A stretch of 22,868 bases of DNA, taken from positions 1 to 22,868 of the forward strand of contig CAYVIE010000034.1 of the NCBI GenBank assembly GCA_964451355.1, read 5' to 3'. Source of the stretch: an uncultured Desulfobacteraceae bacterium. Its GTDB lineage: Bacteria > Desulfobacterota > Desulfobacteria > Desulfobacterales > Desulfosalsimonadaceae. Below, in pieces: positions 17,288 through 22,868 of the stretch. The first letter of the stretch is position 1, and each line of letters opens with the position of its first letter. A program made the position numbers and the translations under genes. The notes under the pieces are model-generated. The model saw only the letters and a list, made by a program, of their open reading frames with translations, was not told the DNA's origin and did no database searches.

Positions 17288-17950
17288 ATGGCAGAAAACA
17301 ACAACACTAAACTGATATATCTATATACACGTTACGAGCGCCTGTGGCACTGGCTTCAGATGGTTCTGATAGCCGTGTTGATGCTCACCGGCCTTGAAAT
17401 ACACGGTGTATTCGAATTTTTCGGATACCAAAAAGCTGTCAGTCTACATAATACAGTGGGAATTACATGGCTAATCGCCTTTTTCTTCTTTGTATTCTGG
17501 CTTTTTACCACCGGGGAATGGAAGCAGTATATCCCGACCACGAAAAGGCTCTTTTCCATGATCCGATATTATTCCTACGGAATATTCCGCGGTGAACCGC
17601 ATCCGTTTCCGAAGCGGAAAGAAGCGAAGCACAATCCGCTGCAAAGGCTTACGTATCTTGCCGTGGCCGCAGCGCTTCTCCCCTTGCAGATGATAACCGG
17701 CTTCTTGTACTGGGGATACAACAGCTGGGATGCGTGGGGAATAAAATCACTAACACTGGGCATGGTAGCTTTTGCCCATACCGCGCTTGCTTTTGCCATT
17801 CTGGTCTTTGTTATCATCCATGTCTACATGACAACAACTGGACACACTGTGTTCGCCCATATCAAATCCATGATCACCGGATACGAGGAGGTCGAGGCAA
17901 GCCATTATGCCCAGGAAATCTCCATCGTGAAACCCGAAGAATCACGTTGA
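17288..17950 (+). CDS. Membrane di-heme cytochrome b (Ni/Fe-hydrogenase/PhsC/FdnI-type quinol-interacting subunit)
   Basis: 220 aa from the ATG at 17288, which has an AAGGAGGA RBS and lies 2 nt after the octaheme stop. It has multiple TM helices with His residues in them (RLWHWLQ, LEIHG, SLHNTVG, FAHTALAFAILVFVIIHVYM). The ORF-track start at 17093 overlaps the upstream gene. Confidence 0.85.
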   Translation: MAENNNTKLIYLYTRYERLWHWLQMVLIAVLMLTGLEIHGVFEFFGYQKAVSLHNTVGITWLIAFFFFVFWLFTTGEWKQYIPTTKRLFSMIRYYSYGIFRGEPHPFPKRKEAKHNPLQRLTYLAVAAALLPLQMITGFLYWGYNSWDAWGIKSLTLGMVAFAHTALAFAILVFVIIHVYMTTTGHTVFAHIKSMITGYEEVEASHYAQEISIVKPEESR

Positions 17951-17978
17951 ATCTGATTAAAACCGGCTCTCCCCCCTG

Positions 17979-18026
17979 CGGGGGATTCCACTTCTGCATT
18001 ACAAAACGGAATCCCCCGTTTTTTTT
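17979..18026 (+). terminator. Rho-independent terminator closing the sulfur/cytochrome cluster
   Basis: An 11-bp stem cgggggattcc / ggaatcccccg with an 18-nt loop is followed by T8. It sits between convergent genes. Confidence 0.8.
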
Positions 18027-18036
18027 ATCACCGGAC

Positions 18037-19914
18037 TCAATAACTGCCGAGGATCTTGAAATATTCGGTGTTCTTTTTCAGTTCATCGATGACCGGGGCG
18101 AATTCCCTGGAGGTCACATCCCCCTCGAGGTCGACATAAAACATGTATTCCCATGGTTTGCCGTGGATGGGCCTGGATTCCAGTTTCACCAGGTTTATGC
18201 CGTGCTTCGCAAATATCTGAAGCGTCGCAAAAAGCGCGCCCGGCCGGTTTCCGGTAGAGTATATCAATGAGGATTTTCGTTTCGTACAATCTTCTATTGG
18301 TTCTGTACCTATAACAACGAATCGGGTATAATTTCTGGGATTTGTCTCTATGCTGGCCTCTATGATCTGCATACCGTGGATATCGGCCGCATCTTTTCCA
18401 GCAATAGCTGCTGCTGATTTATCACCTGCCTCCTTTACATGCAATACCGCCCTTGCTGTATCCGGCATGAAATGGAGCTCCCATTCACTATGAGAGTCTA
18501 GAAATCTCCTGCACTGGGAAAAAACCTGCGGATGCGAGTAAACATGGCGGATATCGCCGACCTTGGCACCCGGCAGGCCGATGAGATTATGCTCCACCCT
18601 CAAAAGTATTTCACCCACAATCTTGAGATCGAATTCGAGCAGGAGATCATAGTTTTCGTGGACGCTCCCTGCAAGCGAGTTCTCCAAGGGGACAATGCCG
18701 AAATCCACCGCTCCGCCAGCCACAGCATCAAACAGATCCCTGAACGTCTCCACCGGGTAAGGCTCGACCTGATCACCGAAAAACTGGCGGCACGCCTTGT
18801 AACTGAAACTTCCAACCTCGCCGAGGAAAGCGGCCTGGCGCGCCTTGCCTCCCGCCGCTTTCGCCATCTTACCCACAGCCTTTGCTTTATCTAAGTATCC
18901 GAAATCGAGCTGCTTTTCCACGACAGGGGCGATCACGTAAATATCGCGCATCAGCCGGCCGAACTGCTCGGGATAAAGGCTTTGGGCCCCGTCTGACAAG
19001 GCGTGATCCGGGTCGTGATGCACTTCGATCATGAGGCCGTCCGCACCTGCGGCTACAGCAGCTCTTGCCATCGGACTGACCTTTTCCCTGATGCCTGTTG
19101 CATGACTTGGGTCAATGATCACCGGCAAATGAGTAAGATTCTTGATAACAGGAATCGCGGACAGATCGAGTGTGTTTCTTGTATATGGTTCAAAGGTCCG
19201 GATGCCGCGTTCACACAGAATCACCTGGTCGTTGCCCTCGGATAGTATGTATTCAGCGGACATGAGCCATTCCTCGATGGTGGCGGACAGGCCGCGCTTG
19301 AGTATCACCGGTTTTCCGAGCCGGCCCACGCACTTTAGAAGCTCGAAGTTCTGCATGTTGCGCGCGCCGACCTGGAGGATATCGACATATTTCATGACGA
19401 GATCGGCCTGGGACGGTGACGTTATCTCTGTAACAACGGGCATGCCATAAGTTTCCCTGACCTCGGCCAGTAGCTTGAGGCCCTCTTCCCCAAGACCCTG
19501 GAAGGAATATGGAGATGTCCTGGGCTTGAAAGCCCCTCCCCTGAAAATGACGGCACCGTAACGCCTCACCTCCCTTGCTATAGCCATGACCTGTTCGCGG
19601 TTTTCAACTGCGCAAGGGCCGGCGATCACAACCAACCTGTCACCCCCCACGACCACGTCACCCACATTCACCCTGGTTCCATCGGGATGCATCTGCCTGC
19701 TGGCCAGCTTGTAGGCGGTTTTCAAAGGGACGATCTTTGCAACCCCAGGAAGTGAAGCAAAAAATGATTCAGGCTTTCCAGCATTACTTGTTGTCCCTAT
19801 CACATGCTGCCCGGCATCATATAACTCCCTGAATATGCACCCTGCCTCCCTCAGAATTGACAGGATCTTGTTTTTCTGCTGAGGGGTTGCGTCCGGTTCC
19901 AATACGATCAACAT
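18037..19914 (-). CDS. Bifunctional DAHP synthase (type I-beta with N-terminal ferredoxin-like regulatory domain) fused to prephenate dehydratase plus ACT domain
   Basis: The N-terminal roughly 340 aa aligns by eye with my recollection of Thermotoga-type DAHPS (IAGPCAVE...[17 protein letters not shown]...LKRG...CERGIRTFE...DPSH). The C-terminal roughly 280 aa has PDT motifs ([24 protein letters not shown]) and an ACT-like end (LVKLESRP). Confidence 0.9.
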   Translation of the reverse strand: MLIVLEPDATPQQKNKILSILREAGCIFRELYDAGQHVIGTTSNAGKPESFFASLPGVAKIVPLKTAYKLASRQMHPDGTRVNVGDVVVGGDRLVVIAGPCAVENREQVMAIAREVRRYGAVIFRGGAFKPRTSPYSFQGLGEEGLKLLAEVRETYGMPVVTEITSPSQADLVMKYVDILQVGARNMQNFELLKCVGRLGKPVILKRGLSATIEEWLMSAEYILSEGNDQVILCERGIRTFEPYTRNTLDLSAIPVIKNLTHLPVIIDPSHATGIREKVSPMARAAVAAGADGLMIEVHHDPDHALSDGAQSLYPEQFGRLMRDIYVIAPVVEKQLDFGYLDKAKAVGKMAKAAGGKARQAAFLGEVGSFSYKACRQFFGDQVEPYPVETFRDLFDAVAGGAVDFGIVPLENSLAGSVHENYDLLLEFDLKIVGEILLRVEHNLIGLPGAKVGDIRHVYSHPQVFSQCRRFLDSHSEWELHFMPDTARAVLHVKEAGDKSAAAIAGKDAADIHGMQIIEASIETNPRNYTRFVVIGTEPIEDCTKRKSSLIYSTGNRPGALFATLQIFAKHGINLVKLESRPIHGKPWEYMFYVDLEGDVTSREFAPVIDELKKNTEYFKILGSY

Positions 19915-19964
19915 GGCCTTCTCCTTTGATTCGTTTTCTTTTTTTTAACGACTACAGCACAAAC

Positions 19965-20035
19965 AAAAAAACCCCGGGTCCCCGGGGCCTTAAAAAAAGA
20001 AACCCCGGGAGACCTTTTTCTGTCCACCCGGGGTT
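19965..20035 (-). terminator. Tandem attenuator hairpins (T1 and T2) in the leader of the DAHPS-PDT gene
   Basis: On the minus-strand RNA, T1 is AACCCCGGG-N17-CCCGGGGUU followed by UCUUUUUUU. T2 is (GG)CCCCGG-GGAC-CCGGGG(UU) followed by UUUUUUU. The CCCGGGG/CCCCGGG segments are mutually complementary and allow alternative pairings. Confidence 0.65.
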
Positions 20036-20061
20036 ATTCTTTGTCAGAAAATTTGCGGGAA

Positions 20062-20142
20062 CTACGCCACCGGATGGACGCCCCTAAAAAAGAAGCGCCC
20101 AAAAAACCAGAAAAAACCGGTCCGGTGATCAATTATATTCAT
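20062..20142 (-). CDS. Phe-rich leader peptide (26 aa) MNIIDHRTGFFWFFGRFFFRGVHPVA
   Basis: I translated it by hand on the minus strand: ATG at 20142-20140 and TAG at 20064-20062. It has 7 Phe and 1 Trp in 26 codons, clustered at codons 10-19. An AAGGA lies 7 nt upstream. It sits 148 nt upstream of the Phe-pathway gene and is followed by the terminator hairpins. Confidence 0.65.
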   Translation of the reverse strand: MNIIDHRTGFFWFFGRFFFRGVHPVA

Positions 20143-20188
20143 TCGCCATTCCTTTGGTAATAAATATCTCAGCAATAAGCAGCAAGAT

Positions 20189-20214
20189 ATTTTGGTATTC
20201 TATTTTGGTATTCT
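20189..20214. repeat. Perfect tandem 13-bp repeat (attttggtattct x2) in the AT-rich divergent control region
   Basis: Read directly. It lies between the leader ORF (minus strand) and plsC (plus strand). Confidence 0.7.
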
Positions 20215-20519
20215 ATATCGATTCTTCAAATACTTTATTAAGCCAGATATTGCTTATTTCCAGATTTATTTGTTTACATAAGACTAGGCCTTTGTCAAGT
20301 CGGATTCTAAAAAAATCATATTGTCTGGCGGCAACCGCCCTTATCAGGCGGCTAAATCATCTGCGATCCCGCCGCCTGTCAAGGTATCAACCGGCTTAGT
20401 GCGGAAGCAAGCATTTTGCTCTACTTGCATTATGAATTCTTTTGCGTTAGCAATGATATATTCCTGCTGAAATGATTGGGGAAACAGGTCTAAAAAAATT
20501 CTTTCAGGGGGTTTTCCGC

Positions 20520-21308
20520 ATGAAAAACAAGTTGATATCAGTAGCTTGGTTTGCTTTTGTCGGAACGACTTCTGTCTTGTTTTTTCTTATCGCCCTGCTC
20601 ATCAGGGTAACGACATGGCCGTTTGATCCCAGGCTGGTCATTTTACAGCAATTTACATGTTTCTGGGCGTCACTCTATACCTGGATAGTACCTGCATGGA
20701 AAATCAGAATCGAAGGAAAAGAAAAGTACAGGCGTGATGCGACCTATGTCATTGTGTCGAATCATCAGTCGCTTCTCGACATACTCGTTCTTTTCAATCT
20801 CTTTTTTCATTACAAGATAGTTTCAAAAATCGAAATCTTCAAGGTACCCCTCATCGGATGGAACATGACTCTGAACCACTATATAAAACTGATCAGGGGC
20901 GACAAGCAGAGCATAAAACAGATGATGAAAGACTGCATGGAGGCCCTTGCCCAGGGGAACTCGATCTTGATTTTTCCTGAAGGAACAAGGTCAAAAGACG
21001 GCCGGATCAAGAAGTTCAAACCAGGCGCTTTTATTCTTGCAAAAGATATGAAAGTCCCCATCCTGCCCATAGTAATCTCCGGCACAAACAAAGCCTTGCC
21101 AAAACACAGCCTTCAGTTCCAGGGATCCCATGAAATAAAGGTAAAAATCCTGGACGAAATCCCTTATGAAAAATTCAGGGACCTGTCAGTGGACGAGACT
21201 TCTGAAATGGTCAGGTCGATAATGATCAAAACCTTGGCCGAGCTAGATCCTGAACTTTATTCGAATCAAAACGACGAGCCGGACAAAGAAAAAGAGGCCG
21301 CAGCATAA
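20520..21308 (+). CDS. plsC: 1-acyl-sn-glycerol-3-phosphate acyltransferase (PlsC family)
   Basis: The acyltransferase motifs NHQSLLD (HxxxxD) and FPEGTRS are present, with an N-terminal TM segment. The ATG at 20520 has an AGGGGG RBS; the ORF-track ATG at 20472 has none. Confidence 0.85.
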   Translation: MKNKLISVAWFAFVGTTSVLFFLIALLIRVTTWPFDPRLVILQQFTCFWASLYTWIVPAWKIRIEGKEKYRRDATYVIVSNHQSLLDILVLFNLFFHYKIVSKIEIFKVPLIGWNMTLNHYIKLIRGDKQSIKQMMKDCMEALAQGNSILIFPEGTRSKDGRIKKFKPGAFILAKDMKVPILPIVISGTNKALPKHSLQFQGSHEIKVKILDEIPYEKFRDLSVDETSEMVRSIMIKTLAELDPELYSNQNDEPDKEKEAAA

Positions 21309-21321
21309 ACAAGCTGCGGCC
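21296..21321. terminator. Hairpin ggccgcagc / gctgcggcc spanning the plsC stop; probable terminator for the convergent minus-strand HTH gene
   Basis: The 9-bp perfect stem has an 8-nt loop. A T-rich tail (TCTTTTTCTTTG) follows only on the minus strand. Confidence 0.45.
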
Positions 21322-21335
21322 CTTGGCCGGCCTGT

Positions 21336-21539
21336 CTATATCTCCAGCTGCTTCAACTCGCCTGCATCCACTCCGTATAATCCGGCGAGTCTTTCTATCT
21401 GCCCGGGGGTCGGAACCCTTATCCCCTTTTCAAGTTCAGAATAACGCGACTGAGGAATACCAACCTTTTTGGCCACATCCTTGGTGCTAAGACTCTTTGC
21501 TGTCCTAAGTTCCCTTAATCTTTCACCGAAACGAACCAT
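21336..21539 (-). CDS. XRE-family helix-turn-helix transcriptional regulator (67 aa)
   Basis: FGERLRELRTAKSLSTKDVAKKVGIPQSRYSELEKG is a canonical HTH_3/Cro-C1 pattern. A GGAGG RBS lies 8 nt upstream. Confidence 0.8.
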   Translation of the reverse strand: MVRFGERLRELRTAKSLSTKDVAKKVGIPQSRYSELEKGIRVPTPGQIERLAGLYGVDAGELKQLEI

Positions 21540-21717
21540 GTTCCATGCCTCCAGTCTTTATCGAAATCAGCGTCAACTCTTTATAACCAACCTGAAAATC
21601 AGAGATGCCAATATATCAATACGATGATTTTTGCAATCTAGCAAAAATAAACCTCGCAGCCGACAGCACCCCTTGCCTGCTGCATGGCGAAACCTGCCGC
21701 AGCCAAAAGGCATCGAT

Positions 21718-22524
21718 TCAAAGCATGCGATTCAATCTTCCTGTCTGGTAACCTTCCAGATCGAGGGTGACAAAGAGAAAGCCAAGTTCGCGTATCTTTT
21801 GAACTACCATCATTCTTGTGGATTCATTCATTATGTCATTAAATCGATCCCGGGATATCTCGATTTTGGCTGTTTCCCCGAAGTGACGCACCCTGCAAAC
21901 ATGAAATCCCAGCTCGTGAAGATAATCTTCAGCCATGGCGACCTGTTGCAGTCTCGTGGGTGAGATGATTGTACCGTATGGTATCCGAGACGCAAGGCAT
22001 GCGTCGGACGGTCTGTCCCAGAACGGATATCCCATGCGTCTTGATAGTTCCCTTATATCATTTTTACAAAAACCTGCGTCTGCAAGAGGAGCGCTGACAC
22101 CAAGCTCCTGTGCCGCCAGTATCCCCGGCCTGTAATCACTTGTATCATCGAGGTTTACAGCATGGACAAGCCGCATGAAACCGGCCTTGCGCACGGCATC
22201 AATCAGGGCGGAAAAAACTATTTTCTTGCAGTGATAACACCTCGTGGAACTATTTTCAGCGAACCTTTCGTCAGAAAGTGGATCGACCTCAACCACCACA
22301 TGGGAAACACCTAATAATTCCGCTGTCCTGCAGGCATACTCGGTTTCAGAGGATTTGAATATCGCTCCTGATGCTGTGACTGCCAGCACATTACCTTTCA
22401 GGGCCTCATTGACGGCGGCAAGGAGAAAAGAACTGTCCGTGCCCCCGGAAAAAGCAACTGCACAAGGTCCGTCTCTACGCAACCTGTCATGGAGAGTATT
22501 ATATTTCTTCAATAGCGGATCCAT
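21718..22524 (-). CDS. larE: LarE-type PP-loop ATP-dependent sulfur transferase (ATP-utilising enzyme of the PP-loop superfamily)
   Basis: The PP-loop is AVAFSGGTDSS. C96-x2-C99 (RCYHCKK) and C176 in PSDACLASR match the LarE-family cysteine pattern. It is 268 aa. Confidence 0.75.
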   Translation of the reverse strand: MDPLLKKYNTLHDRLRRDGPCAVAFSGGTDSSFLLAAVNEALKGNVLAVTASGAIFKSSETEYACRTAELLGVSHVVVEVDPLSDERFAENSSTRCYHCKKIVFSALIDAVRKAGFMRLVHAVNLDDTSDYRPGILAAQELGVSAPLADAGFCKNDIRELSRRMGYPFWDRPSDACLASRIPYGTIISPTRLQQVAMAEDYLHELGFHVCRVRHFGETAKIEISRDRFNDIMNESTRMMVVQKIRELGFLFVTLDLEGYQTGRLNRML

Positions 22525-22786
22525 AATTATAACATTACTTGACCATTGTTGATGGACTTTACCGTGAAAACACCTCAGAGGCCGGGGAGAAATAAAGACC
22601 TCTTTTCATGCCCGGGGGCGATTGCCACTAATCATGAAAGTTTACGAGTCCATCATTGTTATTGATATTTACAACCACAAAACCGATTCATCTATATTCA
22701 TACTCAGCCAGAAAAAACGGCTTATCCAGCCCTGCCCCGCCGATTAAAACTGATTCAAATATTTCCATCCACCTCATTATTGATAT

Positions 22787-22868
22787 ACTCGTAAAAAATC
22801 GAAATTTTGATACTAAGAAAAAGATTCAACCCTATCAAAAATTCATGCGACGGCTTCGTAAAAAGCTC
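22787..22868. repeat. Second, inverted partial copy of the 10476-10662 repeat element, truncated by the window end
   Basis: The reverse complement of 22787-22868 aligns to 10582-10662 with 2 substitutions and one 1-nt homopolymer indel (82 versus 81 nt). Confidence 0.85.

Noticed and set aside
17734-18270. 178-aa plus-strand ORF spanning the cytochrome b 3' end, the terminator and the antisense of aroF-pheA
   Set aside because: It runs through a strong terminator hairpin and overlaps two well-supported genes. It has no recognisable motifs.
19857-20087. 76-aa plus-strand ORF across the attenuator region, and the 81-aa ORF at 20154-20399
   Set aside because: Both lie in intergenic regulatory DNA, one GC-hairpin-rich and one AT-rich, and have low-complexity translations. 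The minus-strand leader and attenuator interpretation explains the region better.
21631-21963. 110-aa plus-strand ORF antisense to the larE 3' end
   Set aside because: It overlaps the conserved LarE coding region on the opposite strand and has no RBS or motifs. It is a shadow ORF.
10582-22868. Interpreting the inverted repeat pair as ends of a composite transposon or genomic island
   Set aside because: No transposase, integrase or recombinase gene lies in the block and no target-site duplication is visible. The block contains core metabolism (aroF-pheA, plsC). The repeat looks like a dispersed REP/MITE-like element, so the bracketing may be coincidental. It is kept only as a recombination-substrate observation.

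Overview
This 22.9-kb window has about 50% GC and looks like a Desulfobacterota-type (sulfate- or sulfur-cycling deltaproteobacterial) chromosome. That taxon guess rests only on gene content. The left third is housekeeping: a ZnuABC-like metal ABC importer (5' end cut by the window edge), a YidD-domain protein, fused isobutyryl-CoA mutase IcmF, and a thiolase. A PAS/sigma-54 enhancer-binding protein and a paraoxonase-like beta-propeller protein lie on the minus strand. The centre (10.9-18.0 kb) is the most interesting part. A near-consensus sigma-54 promoter precedes nine co-directional genes: an outer-membrane beta-barrel, a YeeE/YedE sulfur-compound permease, TusA, three miniaturised TusC/TusB/TusD-like (DsrF/H/E-like) proteins, a monoheme cytochrome c, an octaheme Otr-family cytochrome and a cytochrome b. 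A strong terminator closes the cluster. I read it as an envelope-spanning sulfur-compound reduction, import and relay module that I do not recognise as a characterised system. Downstream on the minus strand is a fusion of DAHP synthase and prephenate dehydratase. It is preceded by a 26-codon leader ORF with 7 Phe and 1 Trp and by alternative GC hairpins with U-tracts, which is a classical Phe attenuator architecture. The right end carries PlsC, a small XRE regulator and a LarE-type PP-loop sulfur transferase. A nested palindromic repeat element at 10476-10662 has a second, inverted, roughly 96% identical partial copy at 22787-22868, which runs off the window. No rRNA, tRNA, CRISPR array or transposase was seen.
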